A stretch of 64,000 nt of DNA from Escherichia coli (lineage in GTDB: Bacteria > Pseudomonadota > Gammaproteobacteria > Enterobacterales > Enterobacteriaceae): assembly GCF_044647545.1 (NCBI RefSeq), contig NZ_CP172818.1, one strand, 5' to 3'. Below the pieces are notes generated by a model. The model did no database searches and was not told where the DNA came from. It worked only from the letters and a program-made list of their open reading frames with translations. Made by a program: the position numbers and the translations under genes. Numbering within the stretch: position 1 is the stretch's first letter; the number at the start of each line of letters is the position of its first letter. Positions 18,071-34,726 of this stretch are shown here, in pieces.

Positions 18071-19498
18071 ATGATGAATGACGGTAAGCAACAACCTACC
18101 TTTTTCTTTCACGATTACGAAACCTTTGGAACGCACCCCGCGTTAGATCGCCCTGCACAGTTCGCAGCCATTCGCACTGATAACGAATTCAATGTCATCG
18201 GCGAACCCGAAGTCTTTTACTGCAAGCCCGCGGATGACTATTTACCCCAGCCTGGAGCAGTATTAATTACCGGTATTACCCCGCAGGAAGCACGGGCGAA
18301 AGGAGAAAACGAAGCCGCGTTTGCCGCCCGTATTCACTCGCTTTTTACCGTACCGAAGACCTGTATTCTGGGCTACAACAATGTGCGTTTCGACGATGAA
18401 GTCACACGCAACGTTTTTTATCGTAATTTCTACGATCCTTACGCCTGGAGCTGGCAGCATGATAACTCGCGCTGGGATTTACTGGATGTTATGCGTGCCT
18501 GTTATGCCCTGCGCCCGGAAGGAATAAACTGGCCTGAAAATGATGACGGTCTACCGAGCTTTCGCCTTGAGCATTTAACCAAAGCGAATGGTATTGAACA
18601 TAGCAACGCCCACGATGCGATGGCTGATGTGTACGCCACTATTGCGATGGCGAAACTGGTAAAAACGCGTCAGCCACGCCTGTTTGATTATCTCTTTACC
18701 CATCGTAATAAACACAAACTGATGGCGTTGATTGATGTTCCGCAGATGAAACCCCTGGTTCACGTTTCCGGAATGTTTGGGGCATGGCGTGGCAATACCA
18801 GCTGGGTGGCACCGCTGGCGTGGCATCCTGAAAATCGCAATGCCGTAATTATGGTGGATTTGGCAGGAGACATTTCACCATTACTGGAGCTGGATAGCGA
18901 CACATTGCGCGAGCGTTTATATACCGCAAAAGCCGATCTTGGCGATAACGCCGCCGTTCCGGTTAAGCTGGTGCATATCAATAAATGTCCGGTACTGGCC
19001 CAGGCGAATACGCTACGCCCGGAAGACGCTGAGCGTTTAGGGATTGCTCGTCAACACTGCCTGGATAACCTGAAAGTGTTGCGCGAAAACCCGCAAGTAC
19101 GCGACAAAGTTGTGGCAATTTTTGCAGAAGCTGAACCGTTTACACCATCAGATAATGTAGATGCACAGCTTTATAATGGCTTTTTTAGCGACGCCGATCG
19201 TGCAGCAATGAAAATCGTGCTGGAGACTGAACCGCGTAATTTACCGGCTCTGGATATCACCTTTGTTGATAAGCGTATCGAGAAACTCCTGTTCAACTAC
19301 CGCGCCCGCAACTTCCCCGGCACGTTAGATGACAACGAGCAGCAACGCTGGCTTGAGCACCGCCGCCAGGTCTTCACACCCGAGTTTTTACAAGGCTATG
19401 CAGAAGAGATTCAGATGCTGGCGCAGCTGTATGCCGACGATAAAGAAAAAGTGGCGCTGTTAAAAGCGCTTTGGCAGTACGCGGAAGAGATTGTCTAA
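18071..19498 (+). CDS. sbcB: Exodeoxyribonuclease I, 475 aa
   Basis: MMNDGKQQPTFFFHDYETFG... DEDD exonuclease motifs; track ORF trimmed to the internal ATG. Confidence 0.9.
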   Translation: MMNDGKQQPTFFFHDYETFGTHPALDRPAQFAAIRTDNEFNVIGEPEVFYCKPADDYLPQPGAVLITGITPQEARAKGENEAAFAARIHSLFTVPKTCILGYNNVRFDDEVTRNVFYRNFYDPYAWSWQHDNSRWDLLDVMRACYALRPEGINWPENDDGLPSFRLEHLTKANGIEHSNAHDAMADVYATIAMAKLVKTRQPRLFDYLFTHRNKHKLMALIDVPQMKPLVHVSGMFGAWRGNTSWVAPLAWHPENRNAVIMVDLAGDISPLLELDSDTLRERLYTAKADLGDNAAVPVKLVHINKCPVLAQANTLRPEDAERLGIARQHCLDNLKVLRENPQVRDKVVAIFAEAEPFTPSDNVDAQLYNGFFSDADRAAMKIVLETEPRNLPALDITFVDKRIEKLLFNYRARNFPGTLDDNEQQRWLEHRRQVFTPEFLQGYAEEIQMLAQLYADDKEKVALLKALWQYAEEIV

Positions 19499-19505
19499 TG
19501 TGAAG

Positions 19506-19537
19506 CCTCCGCCGCTGGTACGGCGGAGGACAATTTT
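19506..19537 (+). terminator. Hairpin cctccgccg ctggta cggcggagg followed by a T-rich run, between convergent sbcB and yeeD
   Basis: Read from sequence. Confidence 0.55.
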
Positions 19538-19540
19538 GAG

Positions 19541-19768
19541 TCAGGCTTTTTGAACGGTGATGCTCCACGCTGCATCGCCAATCTGCTGATAATCGGTGAT
19601 GGCATGTCCTTCTTCTGCCGCCCACTGTGGGATTGCTTCAGTTGCCTGGGTGCAATCAAACTCAATTACCAACTCATCGCCGCTGGCCATTTCTGCCAGT
19701 GCTGCTTTTGCTTCTATGAGTGGAAACGGACAGACCTGCGTCACCACATCCAGCTTTTTAATCGCCAT
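19541..19768 (-). CDS. yeeD: TusA-like sulfur-carrier protein YeeD, 75 aa
   Basis: CPFP motif in MAIKKLDVVTQVCPFPLIEAKAALAEMASGDELVI. Confidence 0.88.
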   Translation of the reverse strand: MAIKKLDVVTQVCPFPLIEAKAALAEMASGDELVIEFDCTQATEAIPQWAAEEGHAITDYQQIGDAAWSITVQKA

Positions 19769-19781
19769 CTTTACACCTTAC

Positions 19782-20840
19782 TTAATTTGCCGCAGCAGTT
19801 GCCAGTCGCGCCTTACGCTGCGGTCGAACATACACAAGCCAGGACGCAGTCCAGACTCCGAGAATCATAAATACAAGGCCAATCCAGCCCTGCCAGGTCA
19901 TCATTGCAGTCATGACCAGTCCATTACCGATAGAGCAACCACCTGCAATGCTGGCACCGAAGCCCATCAGTACACCACCTAACCCGCTACGTAATGTTGT
20001 TTGTGCATCAGCAGCGCGAACGCGGAACTCACGGCTCGCTTTGGCGGCAATAAATGACCCCACGAAGCTCCCTAACACCAGGAAAACGCCCCAGTTAATG
20101 TATTTCACGTCACCCGCGACCAGAAATTGCAGAATATTGGCCGTTGGGGAAGTGATGCCTAACCCAAACATACGTCCGGTTGCTTCACTCAGGGGCCAGG
20201 CTAAAAGCGCAATCAAACCGATGAGTACAGCTGTGACAAAGGGATGCCAGCGTTTTTCAAACAGAATATGAGCGATCCCGGTTCGGCGCGGCGGTAAGGT
20301 CGCGACTTTGAGTTTTGGCTTCTTCAACTCTTTCATCACCACCCAGAGCGTTATCACCAGCAAAACGGCAACCAACGGCCACACAGACAAATTAAAAGTA
20401 TCAGCAATAGAGTTATGTTCAGTAGTGTAGTGCTGCAAGGTTTGATTTAAACCACTGGCGTGTGGAGAACGCATCACCGCACTCATCACCATATAAGTGA
20501 AAAGCGCGATCCAACTGCCGATCAATCCCTCACCCGCGCGATACCAGGTCCCGGTGGCACATCCACCCGCCAGAACAATTCCCAGCCCGAAAAGATACCC
20601 ACCTATAACAGTACCAAGCCACGGGAACGCCCCGGCTTCGTAAGTCAGTAGGCCCGCCTGAATTAACGCAAAAACCCCCACGCTTTGTACCGAAATTGCA
20701 ATCAGCAAGGCGTAAAACATGCGATTATTTTTCGCGACATACATATCGCGAAAACCACCTGTCAGGCAAAAACGCCCACGCTGCATGACAAATCCCAGCA
20801 GAGCACCACAAATTAGCCCGCTTAATATCATTGAAAACAT
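19782..20840 (-). CDS. yeeE: YeeE/YedE-family membrane transporter (thiosulfate uptake), 352 aa
   Basis: Polytopic membrane protein directly upstream of yeeD. Confidence 0.88.
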   Translation of the reverse strand: MFSMILSGLICGALLGFVMQRGRFCLTGGFRDMYVAKNNRMFYALLIAISVQSVGVFALIQAGLLTYEAGAFPWLGTVIGGYLFGLGIVLAGGCATGTWYRAGEGLIGSWIALFTYMVMSAVMRSPHASGLNQTLQHYTTEHNSIADTFNLSVWPLVAVLLVITLWVVMKELKKPKLKVATLPPRRTGIAHILFEKRWHPFVTAVLIGLIALLAWPLSEATGRMFGLGITSPTANILQFLVAGDVKYINWGVFLVLGSFVGSFIAAKASREFRVRAADAQTTLRSGLGGVLMGFGASIAGGCSIGNGLVMTAMMTWQGWIGLVFMILGVWTASWLVYVRPQRKARLATAAAN

Positions 20841-21018
20841 AAATTAATTAACCAGATGAATGTTAATAAGGAAATTATTCATGACTGGTGGAATGCAGAC
20901 CAATAACCAAATTCTCTAAATTAGAACAAATGGTTATTAATGAGGATTTCGATAAAAAAGAATAAAAAAACCGGAGCCAAATATTCATTCGACTCCGGTT
21001 GATTATTAGAAAAGATGA

Positions 21019-22377
21019 TTATGCTACGTCTTCGTACTGCGGAACCGGGTTACGGAAGCTCTTGGTTACGCATGCCAGGTAAATCAGACCGATAGCAGCC
21101 CAGATCAGACCCAGAACCATTGAGCTTTCTTCCAGGTTAACCCACAGCGCACCAACGGTCAGCGCACCACACATCGGCAGGAACAGATACTGGAAGTGAT
21201 CTTTCAGCGTCTTGTTACGCTTCTCACGGATCCAGAACTGCGAGATGACCGACAGGTTAACGAAGGTGAACGCCACCAACGCACCAAAGTTAATCAGCGC
21301 CGTTGCCATTACCAGGTCAAAGTTGATTGCCAGCAGGGCAATCGCGCCAACCAGGATGATATTCATCGCCGGAGTACGCCATTTCGGGTGTACATAACCG
21401 AAGAAGCTTTTCGGGAACACGCCGTCACGACCCATTACGTACATCAGACGCGCAACGCCTGCGTGCGCCGCCATACCGGACGCCAGTACGGTAATGGTGG
21501 AGAAGATCAGCGCGCCAACCTGGAACGCTTTACCCGCAACGTACAGCATGATTTCAGGCTGTGACGCATCCGGATCTTTAAAGCGAGAGATATCCGGGAA
21601 GTACAGCTGCAGGAAGTAAGTTGCAAAGATGAAGATCATGCCGCCAATCAGCGCGGTCAGGAAAATCGCACGCGGGATCACGCGCTCTGCATCTTTGGTT
21701 TCTTCCGACAGGTTGCTGATGCCGTCAAAGCCGGTAAAGGAGAAGCACAGGATTGTCGCCCCGGTAATCATCGGGATAACATGCGCATCGCCAGACCAGA
21801 ACGGACGAGTGCTCGCCAGCGTACCCGCTCCTTCACCTTCAAATACGCCATAAACAACCATGCCCAGGATCACCGCGATCAGCACTACCTGCAACACGAC
21901 GATTACAGTGTTGAAGTTCGCTACGGATTTCAGACTACGCAGGTTAAAGGCGGTCATAAAGGCCACCAGCGCCACCACAAACATCCACGATGGAATGGAA
22001 GGCACCAGAGCTTCAAAATAGATTTTCGCCAGCAGAATGTTGATCATCGGCGCGAACAGATAGTCGAGCAGAGAAGACCAACCCACCATAAAGCCGACAG
22101 TCGGGCTAATGGATTTCTGGGCGTAAGTGTATGCAGAGCCAGCAGAAGGATAGCGGCGGACCAGCTTCCCGTAGCTCAGAGCCGTAAACAGGATCGCAAT
22201 CAATGCGAACGCATAGGCTGTCGGCACATGACCATCCGTGAGGCCTGAAACGATACCAAAAGTATCAAACAGCGTCATCGGCTGCATATAGGCAAGACCC
22301 ATCATTACAACCGGAACTAACGTAAGCGTTTTACGCAATTCCACGCGAGAGGTGTTTGGAGTAACGTTATGCGACAT
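21019..22377 (-). CDS. plaP: Putrescine importer PlaP (APC family), 452 aa
   Basis: [33 protein letters not shown]...; 12 predicted TM helices. Confidence 0.88.
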   Translation of the reverse strand: MSHNVTPNTSRVELRKTLTLVPVVMMGLAYMQPMTLFDTFGIVSGLTDGHVPTAYAFALIAILFTALSYGKLVRRYPSAGSAYTYAQKSISPTVGFMVGWSSLLDYLFAPMINILLAKIYFEALVPSIPSWMFVVALVAFMTAFNLRSLKSVANFNTVIVVLQVVLIAVILGMVVYGVFEGEGAGTLASTRPFWSGDAHVIPMITGATILCFSFTGFDGISNLSEETKDAERVIPRAIFLTALIGGMIFIFATYFLQLYFPDISRFKDPDASQPEIMLYVAGKAFQVGALIFSTITVLASGMAAHAGVARLMYVMGRDGVFPKSFFGYVHPKWRTPAMNIILVGAIALLAINFDLVMATALINFGALVAFTFVNLSVISQFWIREKRNKTLKDHFQYLFLPMCGALTVGALWVNLEESSMVLGLIWAAIGLIYLACVTKSFRNPVPQYEDVA

Positions 22378-22643
22378 GGTCATTCTCCTTTACGGTGATA
22401 ACCGTCGCGTAAGCAAAAAATTGCCCCATTTTTTTGGATTCCTCAGCGACAACAACTGTCGATTTTTAGTAAATATCTATCCGGTACGAAGCCCGGCCTC
22501 TTGGTATGAATGATTGGTTTGAAGCAAAAAATAACCGACGCTGATGAAACGTCGGTTTTTAGTCATTTTTTGACAGCGGCGCATTGTGCCTAAATGGGGG
22601 GGAAATGACAAGAGAATGAGAGGCTTGTCATAATAATTTTTCT

Positions 22644-23573
22644 TTAAATGGCTGATTTTCCGTCATCAGATTTTGCATAAACACCGGCGATCGCACTATT
22701 TGCTAAAATTTCATCCCGCCACCAGCCGCTGGCAAGCCCTGCGGTCTGTTCATTCCAGCCAATCCAGACGGGTTCAAAGAGAGTTTGGGCGACCACTTTC
22801 TTCTCGATTAACGCGCCACTATCGAGAAAACGTTGCGCCAGATAACGGGGTAAATAGCCGCAGCCGAGGCCGCTAATTTGCAGCTCCAGCTTGGTTTTAA
22901 AATCGAAAACGGTAATGGCTTCTTGTTCGTCGAGAAGTTGTGAGGCCGTAGAAGCGCCTGCCTGCGCAGTGTCCCCCACCACAATCGCCCGATATCGCTT
23001 AATGATACGACGGTTTAACGGCTCTTCTTCCTGGGCTAACGGATGATGAGGCGCGACCGCAAAGACTTGTTCCAGATCGCCCAACCGCGAGAAACCAAAT
23101 TCACTGGAAGATGGTGGCTCATGCATCGCGCCAACAATAATATCCGCTCGCCCCTGAGTCAGGGCATCCCAGGAACCACCGAGTACGCCATTGATAAACT
23201 TCAGGCGCGTCACGCTATGATGTTGATAAAAAGCTTCAATCAGTGGCGCAAGCAGAGAAAAAGGAAACGTGTCGTCCACGCCAATCACCAGCTCGTTTTC
23301 CCAGCCTTCATGCAGTTTGATCGCCTGCTTTTCCAGTTCCCGCACGGTATGCAGAACTTCCCGCCCTTTCTCTAATAACATTTTTCCGGTGCGGGTGAAT
23401 TTAGCGCGGTGACCGCTACGATCAAGCAATTGAATATTAAGGTCGCTTTCCAGCTTGTGAACGGTGTAACTCAGAGCGGACGGCGTCTTGTAGAGTTTGG
23501 CCGACGCCGCCGCAAAACTGCCTTCTTTTTCTAAGGCATCGAGGATCATCAACACATCCAGCAGTGGTTTCAT
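22644..23573 (-). CDS. yeeY: LysR-family transcriptional regulator YeeY, 309 aa
   Basis: N-terminal HTH MKPLLDVLMILDALEKEGSFAAASAKLYKTPSALSYTVHKLE. Confidence 0.88.
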   Translation of the reverse strand: MKPLLDVLMILDALEKEGSFAAASAKLYKTPSALSYTVHKLESDLNIQLLDRSGHRAKFTRTGKMLLEKGREVLHTVRELEKQAIKLHEGWENELVIGVDDTFPFSLLAPLIEAFYQHHSVTRLKFINGVLGGSWDALTQGRADIIVGAMHEPPSSSEFGFSRLGDLEQVFAVAPHHPLAQEEEPLNRRIIKRYRAIVVGDTAQAGASTASQLLDEQEAITVFDFKTKLELQISGLGCGYLPRYLAQRFLDSGALIEKKVVAQTLFEPVWIGWNEQTAGLASGWWRDEILANSAIAGVYAKSDDGKSAI

Positions 23574-23618
23574 ACACGCCCCCTTGCAGTGCATGCGGCG
23601 TCCTGCTGGCGTGATCGT

Positions 23619-24443
23619 TTACTCCAGCGGCATTACCAGCGGATCGGGATACTGGTATTCAAACCCCAGTTCATTACAAATCCGACTGCCATCAATAATC
23701 TTACCTTTGCCGCTGTCCAGACTATTTCTGAACTGCGGAGGTTCCAGCCCCAGTAAACGGGCCATCTGCGGATAGAAAACATTACGCGCAGGGTGAGCTG
23801 GCGCACATATATTATAGATGTGTCCGCCTTTAGGTGCCTGTAACAACAGAGTGATAGCGCCAATAACATCTTCTAAATGGACTAAATTAACACCATGTTC
23901 ACCATCAGGCGCGGTTTTTCCGGCAAAGAAGCGTCCGGGATGACGTCCCGGTCCGACAAGGCCCGCAAGACGCAGAATATCGACCGAAGTACCGGGTAAA
24001 TTGTGCAGCCAGTCTTCGAGTTCTTCTAATACTCTTCCACTGTTGGTTACCGGATTACGCGGGGTAGTTTCTTTCACCGTGCCTTGCGCGTCGCCATAGA
24101 CAGACGTTGAGCTGGTGAAAATAATGCGGGGAATACGATGAGCCAGCGCGCTATCCACTAACTCTTGTACCGCTTGTAAATAGAACTCATCGCCGGGGCC
24201 GCTACGACGTGCCGGAAGCGTAATGACCAGCGCATCGGCATCCATCAGGGCATCCAGATCGTCAGAATCGCAAACTAACTCAGGCTCCATGCGAAGCAGA
24301 TAGCTATCAATGCCACTCATTCGGGCCGCTTCGACACCATCTTGTGTGGTTTTACTCCCGGTGACTTGCCAGCCTCGCGCTGAAAGTGACATCGCCAGCG
24401 GCATGCCTAACCACCCTAACCCGACAATTGCGACCTTTTTCAT
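23619..24443 (-). CDS. yeeZ: NAD(P)-binding epimerase/dehydratase-like protein YeeZ, 274 aa
   Basis: Rossmann motif MKKVAIVGLGWLGMPLAMSL. Confidence 0.88.
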   Translation of the reverse strand: MKKVAIVGLGWLGMPLAMSLSARGWQVTGSKTTQDGVEAARMSGIDSYLLRMEPELVCDSDDLDALMDADALVITLPARRSGPGDEFYLQAVQELVDSALAHRIPRIIFTSSTSVYGDAQGTVKETTPRNPVTNSGRVLEELEDWLHNLPGTSVDILRLAGLVGPGRHPGRFFAGKTAPDGEHGVNLVHLEDVIGAITLLLQAPKGGHIYNICAPAHPARNVFYPQMARLLGLEPPQFRNSLDSGKGKIIDGSRICNELGFEYQYPDPLVMPLE

Positions 24444-24593
24444 CCGTTATCTCCTGATACACCTAAGATCTATAAGGCTACGCTAGCGTATCAAAACTGA
24501 CAATTCATTCTATGAATGAGACGTTCATACCACACAAGAAAATTATGAGAGAAAGATCAATATTGAACTTTACCAACATTTGTAGACCAGATA

Positions 24594-24626
24594 AGGCATT
24601 CACGCCGCATCCGGCAGGAACCAAAG
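24594..24626 (-). repeat. REP (repetitive extragenic palindromic) element
   Basis: Reverse complement cctgccggatgcggcgtgaatgccttatctg matches the REP consensus. Confidence 0.7.
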
Positions 24627-24794
24627 CCCACTTTAGTTACAGAACACAATGTTCTTGAGGGTTTTAAAGACATATTTTCACGATTTCTTTTCTAACGTAG
24701 TCAAAACCACCTAACGCCAGTCACTCCAGGCCCCCTCCTTTCCCCGCTCATTCATTAAACAAATCCATTGCCATAAAATATATAAAAAAGCCCT

Positions 24795-24823
24795 TGCTTT
24801 CTAACGTGAAAGTGGTTTAGGTT
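24795..24823 (+). promoter_or_regulatory. his operon promoter candidate: -35 ttgctt (24795-24800), 17-bp spacer, -10 taggtt (24818-24823)
   Basis: Hexamers and spacing read from sequence about 40 bp upstream of hisL. Confidence 0.45.
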
Positions 24824-24861
24824 AAAAGACATCAGTTGAATAAACATTCACAGAGACTTTT

Positions 24862-24912
24862 ATGACACGCGTTCAATTTAAACACCACCATCATCACCAT
24901 CATCCTGACTAG
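24862..24912 (+). CDS. hisL: his operon leader peptide (16 aa, seven consecutive His codons)
   Basis: atgacacgcgttcaatttaaacaccaccatcatcaccatcatcctgactag = MTRVQFKHHHHHHHPD. Confidence 0.97.
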   Translation: MTRVQFKHHHHHHHPD

Positions 24913-24975
24913 TCTTTCAGGCGATGTGTGCTGGAAGACATTCAGATCTTCCAGTGGTGCATGAACGCATGAGAA

Positions 24976-25012
24976 AGCCCCCGGAAGATCACCTTCCGGG
25001 GGCTTTTTTATT
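24976..25012 (+). terminator. his attenuator terminator (agcccccggaag atcac cttccgggggct tttttatt)
   Basis: Perfect 12-bp GC-rich stem followed by a T-run between hisL and hisG. Confidence 0.9.
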
Positions 25013-25057
25013 GCGCGGTTGATAACGGTTCAGACAGGTTTAAAGAGGAATAACAAA

Positions 25058-25957
25058 ATGACAGACAACACTCGTTTACGCATAGCTATGCAGAAATCCG
25101 GCCGTTTAAGTGATGATTCACGCGAATTGCTGGCGCGCTGTGGCATTAAAATCAATCTTCACACCCAGCGCCTGATCGCGATGGCAGAAAACATGCCGAT
25201 TGATATTCTGCGCGTGCGTGACGACGACATTCCCGGTCTGGTAATGGATGGCGTGGTAGACCTTGGGATTATCGGCGAAAACGTGCTGGAAGAAGAGCTG
25301 CTTAACCGCCGCGCCCAGGGTGAAGATCCGCGCTACTTTACCCTGCGTCGTCTGGATTTTGGCGGCTGCCGACTTTCACTGGCAACGCCGGTTGATGAAG
25401 CCTGGGACGGCCCGCTCTCCTTAAACGGTAAACGTATCGCCACCTCTTATCCTCACCTGCTCAAGCGTTATCTCGACCAGAAAGGCATCTCTTTTAAATC
25501 CTGCTTACTGAACGGTTCTGTTGAAGTCGCCCCGCGTGCCGGACTGGCGGATGCGATTTGCGATCTGGTTTCCACCGGTGCCACGCTGGAAGCAAACGGC
25601 CTGCGCGAAGTCGAAGTTATCTACCGCTCGAAAGCTTGCCTGATCCAACGCGATGGCGAAATGGAAGAATCCAAACAGCAACTGATCGACAAACTGCTGA
25701 CCCGTATTCAGGGTGTGATCCAGGCGCGCGAATCAAAATACATCATGATGCACGCACCGACCGAACGTCTGGATGAAGTCATCGCCCTGCTGCCAGGTGC
25801 CGAACGCCCAACTATTCTGCCGCTGGCGGGTGATCAACAGCGCGTAGCGATGCACATGGTCAGCAGCGAAACCCTGTTCTGGGAAACCATGGAAAAACTG
25901 AAAGCGCTGGGTGCCAGTTCAATCCTGGTCCTGCCGATTGAGAAGATGATGGAGTGA
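25058..25957 (+). CDS. hisG: ATP phosphoribosyltransferase, 299 aa
   Basis: [31 protein letters not shown]; operon order. Confidence 0.95.
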
Positions 25958-25962
25958 TCGCC

Positions 25963-28333
<2,371 letters not shown>

Positions 28334-28334
<1 letters not shown>

Positions 28335-29400
28335 TGAGTCAGAAGTATCTTTTTATCGATCGCGATGGAACCCTGATTAGCGAACCGCCGAGTGATTTTC
28401 AGGTGGACCGTTTTGACAAACTCGCCTTTGAACCGGGCGTGATCCCGGAACTGCTGAAGCTGCAAAAAGCGGGCTACAAACTGGTGATGATCACTAATCA
28501 GGATGGTCTGGGAACACAAAGTTTCCCGCAGGCGGATTTTGATGGACCGCACAACCTGATGATGCAGATCTTCACCTCGCAAGGCGTGCAGTTTGATGAA
28601 GTGCTGATTTGTCCGCACCTGCCCGCAGATGAGTGCGACTGCCGTAAACCGAAAGTAAAACTGGTGGAGCGTTATCTCGCTGAGCAAGCGATGGATCGTG
28701 CCAACAGTTATGTGATTGGCGATCGCGCGACCGATATTCAACTGGCGGAAAACATGGGTATTAATGGTTTACGCTACGACCGCGAAACCCTGAACTGGCC
28801 GATGATTGGCGAGCAACTCACTAAACGAGACCGTTACGCCCACGTAGTGCGCAACACCAAAGAGACGCAAATTGACGTCCAGGTGTGGCTGGATCGTGAA
28901 GGTGGCAGCAAGATTAACACCGGCGTTGGCTTCTTTGATCACATGCTGGATCAGATCGCCACCCACGGCGGTTTCCGCATGGAAATCAACGTCAAAGGCG
29001 ACCTCTATATCGACGATCACCACACCGTCGAAGATACCGGCCTGGCGCTGGGCGAAGCGTTAAAAATTGCCCTCGGCGATAAACGCGGTATTTGTCGCTT
29101 TGGTTTTGTGCTGCCGATGGACGAATGCCTTGCCCGCTGCGCGCTGGATATCTCTGGTCGCCCGCACCTGGAATATAAAGCCGAATTTACCTACCAGCGC
29201 GTGGGCGATCTCAGCACTGAAATGATCGAGCACTTCTTCCGTTCGCTCTCTTACACTATGGGCGTGACGCTACACCTGAAAACCAAAGGTAAAAACGATC
29301 ATCACCGTGTAGAGAGCCTGTTCAAAGCCTTTGGTCGCACCCTGCGCCAGGCCATCCGCGTGGAAGGCGACACCCTGCCCTCGTCAAAAGGAGTGCTGTA

Positions 29401-29401
<1 letters not shown>
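28334..29401 (+). CDS. hisB: Bifunctional histidinol-phosphatase / imidazoleglycerol-phosphate dehydratase, 355 aa
   Basis: [18 protein letters not shown] motif at N-terminus; dehydratase half at C-terminus. Confidence 0.95.
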
Positions 29402-31479
<2,078 letters not shown>

Positions 31480-31486
<7 letters not shown>

Positions 31487-32091
31487 CAGAACAACAACGT
31501 CGCGAACTGGACTGGGAAAAAACCGACGGACTTATGCCGGTGATTGTGCAACACGCGGTATCCGGCGAAGTGCTAATGCTGGGCTATATGAACCCGGAAG
31601 CCTTAGACAAAACCCTCGAAAGCGGCAAAGTCACCTTCTTCTCGCGCACTAAACAGCGACTGTGGACCAAAGGCGAAACGTCGGGCAATTTCCTCAACGT
31701 AGTGAGTATTGCCCCGGACTGCGACAACGACACGTTACTGGTGCTGGCGAATCCCATCGGGCCAACCTGCCACAAAGGCACCAGCAGCTGCTTCGGCGAC
31801 ACCGCTCACCAGTGGCTGTTCCTGTATCAACTGGAACAACTGCTCGCCGAACGTAAATCTGCCGACCCGGAAACCTCCTACACTGCCAAACTGTATGCCA
31901 GCGGCACCAAACGCATTGCGCAGAAAGTAGGCGAAGAAGGCGTGGAAACCGCGCTGGCCGCGACGGTACATGACCGCTTTGAGCTGACCAACGAGGCATC
32001 TGATTTGATGTATCACCTGCTGGTGTTGTTGCAGGATCAGGGGCTGGATTTAACGACGGTAATTGAGAACCTGCGTAAACGGCATCAGTGA
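31480..32091 (+). CDS. hisI: Phosphoribosyl-AMP cyclohydrolase / phosphoribosyl-ATP pyrophosphatase, 203 aa
   Basis: Last gene of the operon; bifunctional size. Confidence 0.95.
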
Positions 32092-32133
32092 GTTGCGGGG
32101 TAAGCGGATGCGATATTGTTGCCGCATCCGGCA

Positions 32134-32172
32134 AAAAAACGGGCAAGGTGTCACCACCCTGCCCTTTTTCTT
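32134..32172. terminator. Bidirectional intrinsic terminator between convergent hisI and wzzB (A-run, gggcaaggtg tcacc accctgccc, T-run)
   Basis: Hairpin flanked by an A-tract 5' and a T-tract 3'; a REP-like palindrome gcggatgcg..cgcatccg lies just upstream at 32106-32130. Confidence 0.75.
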
Positions 32173-32186
32173 TAAAACCGAAAAGA

Positions 32187-33167
32187 TTACTTCGCGTTGT
32201 AATTGCGTAGAGCATTACGCCCCAGCACAATCCCCGCGCCAACCATGCCACCCAGCAGCACCGCCAGAATCAAGGTAATTGCCTTTTTCGGGCTATCACG
32301 ACGAATAGGTAACGTCGGTTTCATTACATAGCGGTAAGCATGAATATCAAGATCATCAACCTTTAAGCTTTCGATATCAAACAGGTTTTGACGAGTCTGA
32401 TAGTAGTTTGGTGAGAACACCAACGGACGGGTCGCCTCATGCTTAATCATCGACTCCAGCGCTTCGCTCCCCAAAAGGAACAACGTATCTTGTGTGATAT
32501 CTTCGCCAGTCTGTTGAATCTGCGGTTTTGTCACCTGCGCCTGATTCGCATACTGCAACGCTTCCTGAATCTGACGGATACGCAGATCTTTCTGCTCCTG
32601 CGCAACCACTTCCTGCGTTCTTAAAGAGTCCTGCAAGTTTTTCCGTCCCAGAGCAATGTTGTCCTTGAGATCCTTTTCTAACTCTTGATTCACTTTATCG
32701 TCAACTTGCTGAATGTATTGGGCCAACTTCATTTGTGCGCCCTCTGCAGTTTGCCCAACATAAGAAACAGTCAATGGTAATTGCTGGTTCTTAACAGAAG
32801 GTTCGATGGTAAGTTTTTCTGGTTCTTCCTGATTATCCAGCGTTTCTGCTAATGCAGAGAAGGCAGAACTGAAGCGACCAATTAACGTCTCCTGCAAATC
32901 CGATACTTTCGGTGCAGCCTGACCATAGATAACATTCATGGCATTGTTATAGCCAGCAATTTGCCCCACATCGGGCTGAGTGATAATTGCTGTTGACGTC
33001 CATTTCTCCTTCGCTACTGCCAAATATCCAATAGCCAGGGCAATAGCCACAATGACGGAAATGATGATTGTCATCTTGCCACGCCACAACTGCACTAGTA
33101 AATCAATCAAATCAATCTGTTCCGGGTCATGGTTTTGCCCAGAAACATTATTATTTTCTACTCTCAT
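32187..33167 (-). CDS. wzzB: O-antigen chain-length determinant Wzz (Cld), 326 aa
   Basis: MRVENNNVSGQNHDPEQIDLIDLLVQLWRGK...; two TM segments flanking a coiled-coil periplasmic domain. Confidence 0.9.
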   Translation of the reverse strand: MRVENNNVSGQNHDPEQIDLIDLLVQLWRGKMTIIISVIVAIALAIGYLAVAKEKWTSTAIITQPDVGQIAGYNNAMNVIYGQAAPKVSDLQETLIGRFSSAFSALAETLDNQEEPEKLTIEPSVKNQQLPLTVSYVGQTAEGAQMKLAQYIQQVDDKVNQELEKDLKDNIALGRKNLQDSLRTQEVVAQEQKDLRIRQIQEALQYANQAQVTKPQIQQTGEDITQDTLFLLGSEALESMIKHEATRPLVFSPNYYQTRQNLFDIESLKVDDLDIHAYRYVMKPTLPIRRDSPKKAITLILAVLLGGMVGAGIVLGRNALRNYNAK

Positions 33168-33312
33168 CATTACCCTAACTGACGGAAATTTCCAAGTCCG
33201 CATAGTTTAGCGATAATCCTCATGAATGCTATAGGATAATTGATAAAAATAATGAATTGTTACGCAAGTAACAAAAGACAATCAGGGCGTAAATAGCCCT
33301 GATAACAGGATG

Positions 33313-34488
<1,176 letters not shown>

Positions 34489-34669
34489 TCAGAATTAACT
34501 TAACTGTGAATCATGATGTTTTTAGCATCCTGATAAGAGTTAAAAGTTTTAACGCTACGTTGTAAGATGGTCAACGCAACGAAAAACAATTCAGAATTTC
34601 TTTATAAGAATAGCTGATATTTATTAAGTTAATATTAAGCAGTGAAATTTAGTCTATAAGATAATTGGT

Positions 34670-34700
34670 AAAAAAAACCCGGCATAATATACGCCGGGCC
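34670..34700 (-). terminator. Intrinsic terminator downstream of gnd (cccggc ataatatac gccggg, T8 on the minus strand)
   Basis: Read from sequence. Confidence 0.7.
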
Positions 34701-34726
34701 TCAATTTTATTGTTGATTAAATCAGA

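Noticed and set aside
22590-22605. G7 homopolymer in the plaP/yeeY spacer as a phase-variation tract
   Set aside because: Short, intergenic, with no obvious promoter-spacing role; noted only.
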